Shown here: positions 9,116 through 15,502 of the stretch, in pieces | Position numbering within the stretch: the stretch's first letter is position 1 | Layout: each line of letters starts with the position of its first letter | Virus record (IMG/VR): IMGVR_UViG_3300042154_003418 | Location: 1-40,217 of that record | Direction: 5' to 3' (one strand) | Source of the DNA: a virus | Lineage: Duplodnaviria > Heunggongvirae > Uroviricota > Caudoviricetes | DNA length: 40,217 bases | Notes under the pieces: generated by a model | Databases searched by the model: none | The model's input: the letters and a program-made list of their open reading frames with translations, nothing else | Told to the model about the DNA's origin: nothing | Made by a program: the position numbers and the translations under genes

Positions 9116-9428
9116 ACCCACACACCAAATCGCCTACAACTACTGCATGGCCAACATCCAGCAAAGTGCTGCGGTTGACCAAGTTAACACAGCACTCCGC
9201 AGTTTAGGGTCGGACAACTACCTGTTTAGCATGTGCGAGCCAATAGAGAGTGCGTATACCAAACTTGTTGAAGAATTACTAGGGCCAGAACTCTGGGACT
9301 GGCTGACCTGGTGGATGTATGAAACTGACTGTGGCCAACGCCAAATGCAGTTTTACATTGATGGTACAGAATACGATCCCACACAAATGACACTTTACCG
9401 CTTCTTGGAGATTGTTGATGCTGAGTAA
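9105..9428 (+). CDS. Hypothetical protein
   Basis: Coupled ORF; WLTWWMYETD motif. Confidence 0.6.
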   Translation: MAIKPTHQIAYNYCMANIQQSAAVDQVNTALRSLGSDNYLFSMCEPIESAYTKLVEELLGPELWDWLTWWMYETDCGQRQMQFYIDGTEYDPTQMTLYRFLEIVDAE

Positions 9429-9588
9429 ACTAAAACAAACACCAACTAAAGTCCTCTTGGCCATGCTGCTACTGCTGGTACTGTTTGTGGCAATACTGTT
9501 GTTTATTCCACCACTGGCAGGCAGCATTGTTGTGGCACTGGCCACTGGCTGGAGTGTTTTTACTGTACTCAACTACTGGATTGGATAA
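9418..9588 (+). CDS. Small two-TM membrane protein
   Basis: Hydrophobic 56-aa ORF overlapping the previous gene. Confidence 0.5.
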   Translation: MLSKLKQTPTKVLLAMLLLLVLFVAILLFIPPLAGSIVVALATGWSVFTVLNYWIG

Positions 9589-9592
9589 TACC

Positions 9593-9865
9593 ATGCGAAT
9601 CATCAAACACAGACTGCACCCTGGCATGAACAAGATTCAAGTTGAAGCTGACCACATATGCAAGCTCAGGTACATCAACGATCAAGACGGCCGTCTTATG
9701 GGCTGGTTTGAAGTTGCTGCTGATGTGGACTTGCACTTACAACCACATGAGTATGAAGTTTACCTGGCCATGACTGGTGAAACAGTTCCAGACGGCTACT
9801 GTTATGTGTGCAGCTATCAACAGCACCAAGCTGGTGGTTACTTTGTGGTACATGCTTTTGACTAA
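9593..9865 (+). CDS. Hypothetical protein (MRIIKHRL...)
   Basis: Internal ATG of track ORF 9485..9865; beta-rich small phage protein. Confidence 0.55.
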   Translation: MRIIKHRLHPGMNKIQVEADHICKLRYINDQDGRLMGWFEVAADVDLHLQPHEYEVYLAMTGETVPDGYCYVCSYQQHQAGGYFVVHAFD

Positions 9866-9959
9866 AGTCTAGCCGATTTGTTGCTACCTGCAATGTAACA
9901 AAACTCCAACAGACCAAGTTGGCTGAAAACCACATCAGCCGCAACCCTAAAAATCACCC

Positions 9960-9988
9960 TAGACAAACACCACCATAAAGGTTATAAT
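9960..9988 (+). promoter_or_regulatory. Sigma70-like promoter with a near-leaderless downstream gene
   Basis: TAGACA-N17-TATAAT; ATG only 6 nt after the -10 box. Confidence 0.65.
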
Positions 9989-9994
9989 ATTTAC

Positions 9995-10252
9995 ATGCAA
10001 AACAAAACTCAATACTTGATCTGCAAGTTGCAGGAGGAAGCAGCTGAGGTAATTCAAGCGGTTTCAAAAATCAACCGCTTTGGCGAACAAAGCCACCATC
10101 CTGATCGCACAACCACTAACAAACAAGAACTCGTCCAAGAACTAGAAGATTTCCTTGCAATTCTCGCAGTCTTAGAACAATCACAATGGCTAGACCTGAC
10201 CCCAAGTCGCAGTAATATTGCCAATAAAGCCCAAGCGCTTATTCAAGGTTAA
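9995..10252 (+). CDS. MazG-like nucleotide pyrophosphohydrolase
   Basis: KLQEEAAEVIQAVSK...ELEDFLA (ExxE...ExxD). Confidence 0.7.
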   Translation: MQNKTQYLICKLQEEAAEVIQAVSKINRFGEQSHHPDRTTTNKQELVQELEDFLAILAVLEQSQWLDLTPSRSNIANKAQALIQG

Positions 10253-10308
10253 ACCAGAGCCTGGCTACACAAAAAATCATAAACTATCTCCTAGCTAAAA
10301 TTTACACC

Positions 10309-10337
10309 TTGTTTTTTCGAAAAAAGTGTGCTATAAT
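10309..10337 (+). promoter_or_regulatory. Sigma70-like promoter upstream of D2-like gene
   Basis: TTGTTT-N17-TATAAT. Confidence 0.55.
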
Positions 10338-10635
10338 ATTAGTAATTGAAGAAACAGAGTACTAGGGCAGGAGTTAGTAACAGTAACACCGAGGAAGTTG
10401 GAAAGTCTATAGATCTTTCCAATCTTCCACGGTTATGTAAACTGTGTAAACTAACTCCGCTGCCCTACAAACTGCCAAAATGGCCACAAGTATTTTTAAC
10501 TTTTATTAACCCATTATTGTGGTTGGAGTGGGTGCGATAACAAAAGCAATCGCCCCACCTCGACCGCTTTCATACTCTAGAACTAATCTTCTAGACCCAC
10601 AACTGATCCACTTTAGGGTCAATTCACGTTAGATT

Positions 10636-11649
10636 ATGAACGATATTAAACTACTAGACTTTCCAGGCTTAGCCAGAGACTTTCAACAAACCTACACTCA
10701 ACTACGAGACGAACGATTACGGCTAGCCCAGGCTGTTGCAGAACGCCGCTATCGACAACAGTATAACCAATTGGTCCAGCAATTTTCAGGTTACGATTCG
10801 GAAGCAGGTAGTGACGGCATTGAAGAATCGGTTCGAGAATCACTGGGCGAGTTCGACCCACAAGCGGTTCAACTGCCAGAATCGGTATTACGTGAGTGTA
10901 AACACACGGCTAAGAGTAGTGTGGTTGAAGCTTGGAGTCTTAAAAACTCCCTTCCACAAAAGCTAACTTGGCTGCCGCATCAGCTGTTAGCATACTTTGG
11001 CACTTGGCAGGCTGTTCGTGACGACACAGGCAAGTATAGTGCCACACTAACCTGGGATGCCAACACCAGGGCTCGCGGCGACTACTACGCCTTAGGGTCG
11101 GCATTGCTGGCTACCTCCACTCGCACAAATTTTTTCAAGGATGCGCCTAAGGGTAATCAGCAGTACAAAAGTGTAATCAACCCACTTGTACCAATTATCT
11201 TAGCAGGATTTAAAAAGTATCAAGGCATCAACTATTCAGATTGGAATCCAGTTGGTTTGGAAACTTTGCTAGACCCTGAATTGGCCAAGCTTGTAGGTGT
11301 TTCGGTGCCGGAACTTTCACACAGCGAATTAATTGCGCTACGCAACACTGCCCTTACAGACAAAGAAGGTGCACGAGCAGGTATCCCCAATAATCCAGCT
11401 ACTTGCACCAAGCTCAATCACCTTGGTAATACGGCCATAGGTCACCTACCAAAACTTGCCAAATACATGGTACTACAAACCTGGGCAGCACATCCCAGCA
11501 ATCGTAATGAGTATATGATCTTAGACCCTAACAATTGGGATCACATTCCAGAGCCCCTGATCGGCAAAGATATTTTCTTGCCCAAACCACTTCAAGCCAC
11601 ACAACCCAGAATGGTTACCAGCTATTCGGAACTACCATGGGATGCTTGA
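10636..11649 (+). CDS. D2: T5 D2-like protein
   Basis: NPLVPIILAGFKKYQGINYSDW and LPKLAKYMVLQTW...RNEYMI...PEPL...PW recall T5 D2; precedes a D3-like gene as in T5. Confidence 0.7.
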   Translation: MNDIKLLDFPGLARDFQQTYTQLRDERLRLAQAVAERRYRQQYNQLVQQFSGYDSEAGSDGIEESVRESLGEFDPQAVQLPESVLRECKHTAKSSVVEAWSLKNSLPQKLTWLPHQLLAYFGTWQAVRDDTGKYSATLTWDANTRARGDYYALGSALLATSTRTNFFKDAPKGNQQYKSVINPLVPIILAGFKKYQGINYSDWNPVGLETLLDPELAKLVGVSVPELSHSELIALRNTALTDKEGARAGIPNNPATCTKLNHLGNTAIGHLPKLAKYMVLQTWAAHPSNRNEYMILDPNNWDHIPEPLIGKDIFLPKPLQATQPRMVTSYSELPWDA

Positions 11650-11962
11650 AATGAAATACACCAAAGAAATTTGTGACCACATGGTTCAAGCCTATAATTC
11701 AGGGGTTACGGTGCCACAGCTAGCACAGGAGCTGGACGTGCCCGAACGCAGCATAATTGCCAAGCTATCGAGCCTGGGAGTCTACCAGAAAAAGAGCTAC
11801 TTAAACAAGCGTGGTGAAACGCCGGTGAAAAAGTCAGAGCACATCGAACGCATTGCCATACTCTTGAACACCAACCTAGAATTGCTAGAATCATTAGAAA
11901 AAGTCAACAAAACTGTGCTGGTCATGATCGAACGCGCGCTCACCGACCCTAAACTGCCATAA
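11642..11962 (+). CDS. D3: T5 D3/A2-family HTH DNA-binding protein
   Basis: YT.E...MV..Y..G.TV..LA..L....RSIIAKLS..GVY...KK....I...L....ESLEK.NK; paralog of three other ORFs in the window. Confidence 0.7.
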   Translation: MLEMKYTKEICDHMVQAYNSGVTVPQLAQELDVPERSIIAKLSSLGVYQKKSYLNKRGETPVKKSEHIERIAILLNTNLELLESLEKVNKTVLVMIERALTDPKLP

Positions 11963-11998
11963 TTGCACACAATCCGACTTAATTGACGCTACAAACGC

Positions 11999-12035
11999 AA
12001 AAGCCCCATTATCATGTGATATTGGGGCTTTTTTG
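11999..12035 (+). terminator. Rho-independent terminator after D2-D3
   Basis: AAAAGCCCCA...TGGGGCTTTT followed by a T run. Confidence 0.85.
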
Positions 12036-12050
12036 TTTGTGTAATTCTCA

Positions 12051-12172
12051 TGTTCGAATTTGTCCCAAATTCGAACACGTTAGCTCTAAGTGTACGTTAC
12101 TGCTGCACTTGTTGCAGCTTAGGGTCATACAACACCTAAAGAATCTTTAGCACTTGTTGCAGCTTAGGGTCA
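12051..12172. repeat. 12-bp-arm inverted repeat plus a 23-bp direct repeat
   Basis: TGTTCGAATTTG-tcc-CAAATTCGAACA (12051-12077); GCACTTGTTGCAGCTTAGGGTCA at 12105 and 12150. Confidence 0.9.
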
Positions 12173-12192
12173 GTACTCACAAGAATCCACAC

Positions 12193-12230
12193 TTGACAAC
12201 AAAGGTTCTGCACTGGTATAATTTGGCGCA
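12193..12230 (+). promoter_or_regulatory. Promoter cassette copy (TTGACA-N18-TATAAT-TTGGCGCA)
   Basis: Direct sequence match; faces the terminator at 12283. Confidence 0.7.
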
Positions 12231-12282
12231 GACCGCAACAGACTAGGTGTAAAAATGTCGAGCTGACCAAAACACCCAAAAC

Positions 12283-12317
12283 AAAAGCCCCAAGAGTAGC
12301 TAACTCTTGGGGCTTTT
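12283..12317. terminator. Bidirectional intrinsic terminator
   Basis: 15-bp stem AAAAGCCCCAAGAGT/ACTCTTGGGGCTTTT with T tracts in both directions. Confidence 0.85.
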
Positions 12318-12485
12318 GAACAATCACGAGTGCACTCGCTGTTAGTTTTTAGTCTCACACGACGACTTACTGGGGGTACCACCCACGCTAACTGCATCGA
12401 CCCTAAACTGGAGCACGGTCGCAGGGCATTAGGTTATTGCCTGTGTAGCTCTAGCAGGGGAGAAAGTATTGGTTCGGCTCTTCAG

Positions 12486-12777
12486 CCCACCACACGGTTT
12501 ACGACACTGGGCTTTGTCGACTGCTATAGATTAACGACTGTTGCAGTTCGGGGTCGGGTGCTACGGTTCCAGCGCATGCACCACTTTTAGCGACTCGGGG
12601 TCGGGTGCTCCAGTCGAAGCTTTTGCACCACTTTTAACGACTTAGGGTCGAGTGCTCAGTTTGCGATAAGCACCACTCAGGGGCCATTTAACGACAATCC
12701 GTGTCGGGCCACATTAACGAGGGCCAAGCTCGGGTACGTAAGTGCACCAGGCTGCCAAGACCATTTTACGTCGGTAC
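12486..12777 (-). repeat. Array of repeated hairpin units (CGAC-loop-GTCG-YTAAA alternating with GGTGC-N13-15-GCACC)
   Basis: 32-nt repeats at 12578 and 12625 (28/32 identical, period 47) plus degenerate flanking units, one with a compensatory CGAG/CTCG stem. Confidence 0.75.
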
Positions 12778-12918
12778 CAGATAAGACGGCAGTTTATATA
12801 GTAACTGCTCACTAGGCTTACTCATTTCCAGCTAATCACTTTCAGTGGTGGGTCCATCCGGTTTTCGCTTTCGCTACTAGGCTTCAAGAGTCAGTCACAT
12901 CCCGGTTTCGCTGGGTTT

Positions 12919-13025
12919 TCATCCTGACCCTAAGGTACGGCAAGCGGTGATGTGGGAAAATCACGCACACTTGCTGTGAGGCCTTAAGGTTTCGCACAAC
13001 TTGCATGTGCTCATCAGAGGGTTGG
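12919..13025 (-). ncRNA. Hammerhead ribozyme, type I
   Basis: CUGAUGA-GCACA[UGCAAGU]UGUGC-GAAA core; 9-bp stem III (ACCUUAAGG/CCUUAGGGU); GUC cleavage triplet; short stem I (CCU/AGG). Confidence 0.8.
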
Positions 13026-13236
13026 TATCGCATACGGGTAACGATCCCGTCTAGGTACCTTGAAAGGGTACTGACCTCACCTGAAGTCGAATGCGATATG
13101 TTAAATTAGCCACGCAGGTATTTTACTACTTACCATACGGAACATCGTCCAGATATTACGGGCTAAAAAGGTTGGGCTGCGACTAGAGTTTGTTCGGTCG
13201 CAATCAAGTTGTTATCCCAGCATCGAGTGCTGAGCC

Positions 13237-13594
13237 TCATAACACCCATAAGTTAATCGGCCAACGTAATGGTCCACACTCAAATCGTAGATATAGGATG
13301 CGTAAGCTAAGTTTTCTGGCTTAAAGGTTGCTGCCTTTCCATACTTCGCCGCTTACTCCAACAGAGCCTATCGCCGTAACAATTATAGTTGCGCTACTAG
13401 ATTACTGCCACCAGCAAGTAGCTGGCCGATTAACTTATGGATTCATAACACCCATAATAAAGTACCCAGCAAATTCTTGCAGAGTTGCAGCATTCTACCA
13501 CTTTCGCCGTCTCGGCCGAGACCTACCGGTGGGGTTAATCTGCATACATCTAACAAGCAAACCAGGCTAGCACTGTCTGGGTACTTTATTATGG
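13237..13594 (-). repeat. Two tandem domains, each closed by a perfect 18-bp stem and followed by an identical 15-nt handle
   Basis: 13246-13263 pairs with 13423-13440; 13452-13469 pairs with 13577-13594; TCATAACACCCATAA at 13237 and 13443. Confidence 0.9.
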
Positions 13595-13682
13595 ACACTA
13601 AGGGCTGTGGCTCGGTTCCCGAAGGTATTCCCCACAATTAAGACGCTGCTTGACGCGACCGCTGTCACCCAATCTATACTAT

Positions 13683-13991
13683 ATTATAACATACAACAGT
13701 TAACATAATCAAGATAATATTTAGTAGCCTTGTTAACTGCTGTTGTCTTATCGCTTTCTAAGTATATATTATATCAAACTCAATTAACAAAATCAACAAA
13801 AGAATTCCAATCGTTTCCTCAAGACTAGCTTCGCAGGTGTGTCGACGTACAGTGACTGGTTAGTGATTGCGGCTGCTGAGGCAGAACTGGCACCGGTTGA
13901 TTAATCACACGGTATTCATTAAGCCATTCCCGACTGGGTTCTTTGTTAATTTCTAAGTATATATTATATCGCGAAATGGGTCACAGATCAA
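13683..13991 (-). promoter_or_regulatory. Three tandem minus-strand promoters upstream of the ncRNA
   Basis: TTGATT-N18-TGnTATAAT (13712-13683), TTGATT-N17-TATAAT (13796-13768), TTGATC-N17-TATAAT (13991-13963); the latter two share the leader ATATACTTAGAAA. Confidence 0.75.
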
Positions 13992-14014
13992 GTGTAGATT
14001 TTGTGACCCTAAAC

Positions 14015-14323
14015 TTAAGCAAGTTCTGCAACCAGACGCTCAAGCACTTCGTGGTTGGCCTTTTCCAGGCTTTCAAACACTTCTGGAGCAACGCCGCAGG
14101 CAAGTGCCAGCTTGTCCACCAGTTCGGCTTTACGCACACGGTGTTGGCCGGTGGCCTTGGTTTTGGCCACGTACACGCCTTCGCGGCTGAGTTTGGCCAC
14201 TACACTGCGTACGGTTTTGCCCAGGGTCTCGGCCAGTTGTTCCACGGTCTTGCCCGACTGGTAGCCTGTGACGAGTTCCACGGTTTGCTCGGGAGTGTAG
14301 TTTTGAGGGGTTGCTTTAGTCAT
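14015..14323 (-). CDS. A2: T5 A2/D3-family DNA-binding protein, paralog
   Basis: NYTPEQT...GKTVRSVVAKLSREGVY...ESLEKAN; RBS AAAGGA; the 195-aa track start is an upstream extension. Confidence 0.8.
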   Translation of the reverse strand: MTKATPQNYTPEQTVELVTGYQSGKTVEQLAETLGKTVRSVVAKLSREGVYVAKTKATGQHRVRKAELVDKLALACGVAPEVFESLEKANHEVLERLVAELA

Positions 14324-14363
14324 CATATGTCCTTTGGTTGGTTTCTGCGCTGTTGAAGATTCT

Positions 14364-14392
14364 ATTATACGTGAATCAGAAGGGAACATCAA
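14364..14392 (-). promoter_or_regulatory. Promoter of the A2-like paralog
   Basis: TTGATG-N17-TATAAT-AGAATCTTCAACA; the same leader recurs at 15852-15870. Confidence 0.75.
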
Positions 14393-14507
14393 GATCAAAA
14401 TTTTCGTCTTGAGTGGTAGTATCACAAAACATTTCCGATAGTTCCGCATCCACAAATTCATCGAATGCCGCATACTGATACGCTGTGAAAAATTCGTTTG
14501 TTGCCAT
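14376..14507 (-). CDS. 43-aa acidic peptide ending ...DENFDLDVPF (SSB C-terminal-tip-like)
   Basis: Own promoter (TTGCAG-N17-TATAAT near 14536-14564) and AGGAGA RBS; 11 D/E and no K/R. Confidence 0.65.
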   Translation of the reverse strand: MATNEFFTAYQYAAFDEFVDAELSEMFCDTTTQDENFDLDVPF

Positions 14508-14579
14508 CTGCCGTTATCTCCTGTTGATGTAATAATTATACAAAACTTGGACACTTGCTGCAATATCAAAAATTTCGTC

Positions 14580-14700
14580 TTGACACTGTAAAGCTTTTGC
14601 ACTTATAATTTGGCGCAGCAAACCCTCAAGTTTTTGCACTTGACCGCGCACTGGCGCAAGGCCCAAGGTTTTGCACTTGACAAGGTTTCGCACTGGCGCA
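14580..14700 (+). promoter_or_regulatory. Promoter cassette copy plus two degenerate TTTTGCACTT...TGGCGCA repeats
   Basis: TTGACA-N18-TATAAT-TTGGCGCA at 14580-14617; repeats at about 14632-14658 and 14669-14700. Confidence 0.7.
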
Positions 14701-14724
14701 GCACGGTTACCGTGCTGGTTAAAT

Positions 14725-14824
14725 TGTGACCCAGCAGTCACAAACTAGACCGATCAGTCGCAATCTATACCGATCAGTCGGTGACCAGACTGTTCAGTCG
14801 GCATCTATACTGTGCAGTCACAAA
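14725..14824. repeat. Five tandem 20-bp iteron-like repeats with internal dyads
   Basis: AC-N4-CAGTC in phase every 20 bp (e.g. CTATACCGATCAGTCG, CCAGACTGTTCAGTCG). Confidence 0.85.
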
Positions 14825-14923
14825 ATGCCTGGTACAGTATAATTATGACCGGGCGGTTTCGGCGCAAGAATCGTGCCAGGTGGCACAAAAACAACACCCA
14901 ATTGTAACAGTTTGTAACAGTCG

Positions 14924-15013
14924 TTGACACGGGCCGCAAAATTGTGGTATAATTTTGGCGCAGTTTTGCAAACAAAAGTATTCATTTTTGTTTGCAAACA
15001 AAAGTACTCATTT
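14924..15013 (+). promoter_or_regulatory. Promoter cassette with GTTTGCAAAC palindrome array
   Basis: TTGACA-N18-TATAAT-TTTGGCGCA, then TTTGCAAACAAAAGTATTCATTTTTGTTTGCAAACAAAAGTACTCATTT. Confidence 0.8.
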
Positions 15014-15024
15014 GTGGACAAAAT

Positions 15025-15053
15025 AAAACCCGCATAATAGCGGGTTATTATTA
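15025..15053 (-). terminator. Intrinsic terminator (probably bidirectional)
   Basis: AACCCGC-ataata-GCGGGTT with A/T flanks. Confidence 0.7.
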
Positions 15054-15296
15054 AATAAATGCGGATCTGGGGATTTTAACCAATTGATTGAGATAATCAA
15101 TCTCCCATTCATAATGGGCGAATGTCTCATAATCATAATCACCAGTCATTGCCAGCAAATAATCGGCGGCAATATTAATATAGTTTGGCCGAATTTTGGA
15201 GAATGGCAAACCATTATAATCGCTTGGATTAATATCTAATTGGCAAAATGTGAGAATCACGGGTTTATCGGCAAAACTTGGCAAATTGAAAAGCAT
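15051..15296 (-). CDS. Hypothetical protein (MLFNLPSF...)
   Basis: ATG coupled to the upstream acidic ORF stop. Confidence 0.55.
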   Translation of the reverse strand: MLFNLPSFADKPVILTFCQLDINPSDYNGLPFSKIRPNYINIAADYLLAMTGDYDYETFAHYEWEIDYLNQLVKIPRSAFI

Positions 15297-15297
15297 T

Positions 15298-15435
15298 TTA
15301 TTGTTCCTCAGAAAAGTAAACCACACGGTTAACGGCCGGCACATTATCATAATCCTGATTTTCTAAACCAGCTTCTTCTAATGTGAGAAAATCGGTTAAA
15401 TCTTCCCATTGCATTTGGTCAACCAAATCAAACAT
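15298..15435 (-). CDS. 45-aa acidic peptide (MFDLVDQMQWEDLTDF...)
   Basis: AAAGGA RBS; 12 D/E versus 1 R; not in the track. Confidence 0.55.
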   Translation of the reverse strand: MFDLVDQMQWEDLTDFLTLEEAGLENQDYDNVPAVNRVVYFSEEQ

Positions 15436-15455
15436 TATATTCCTTTTGAAAAAAT

Positions 15456-15500
15456 CCTATTATATGGGATAATCCCATATAATAGGGCTTTCGCCCTATT
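15456..15500 (-). terminator. Terminator hairpin overlapping a 31-bp palindrome
   Basis: AATAGGGC-GAAA-GCCCTATT on minus; CCTATTATATGGGAT-A-ATCCCATATAATAGG. Confidence 0.7.
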
Positions 15501-15502
15501 AA

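Larger units (their letters stand above)
12275..13677 (-). ncRNA. Putative large structured non-coding RNA (~1.4 kb precursor)
   Basis: No credible ORF; extended -10 promoter at 13683-13712 and terminator at 12283-12317; many perfect stems, a C(UUCG)G loop and a hammerhead core, all consistent with the minus strand. Confidence 0.7.

Noticed and set aside
238-9944. Opposite-strand or alternate-frame ORFs overlapping uvsE, thyX, the phosphoesterase and other early genes
   Set aside because: Shadow ORFs over well-supported genes, with no RBS or motifs
9202-12649. Trans-cleavage of mRNAs carrying UUAGGGUC by the hammerhead
   Set aside because: Other copies lack the downstream AGG needed for stem I, and the ribozyme's own substrate strand is tethered in cis
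12486-12740. Pistol ribozyme (hairpin followed by UUAAA)
   Set aside because: No loop-pairing pseudoknot partner and no P2/P3 with a GU cleavage site could be found
12486-12777. Classical CRISPR array
   Set aside because: Only two near-identical repeats, 13-15-nt inserts (too short for spacers), degenerate flanks and no cas genes; kept as an unexplained hairpin array instead
12136-13637. Track ORFs at 12136, 12170, 12330, 13328 and 13443
   Set aside because: No RBS, no recognisable motifs and atypical composition; they overlap terminators and perfect long stems, which are better explained by RNA structure
12800-13950. Twister or additional hammerhead ribozymes, and tRNA genes
   Set aside because: AAGCC and GAAAC words occur, but I could not build the required pairings; no cloverleaf with a T-loop GTTCRA and CCA end was seen
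14324-14602. 195-aa version of the A2 paralog (start at 14602)
   Set aside because: The extension crosses a promoter and a separate RBS-bearing peptide ORF; homology to the other paralogs starts at 14323
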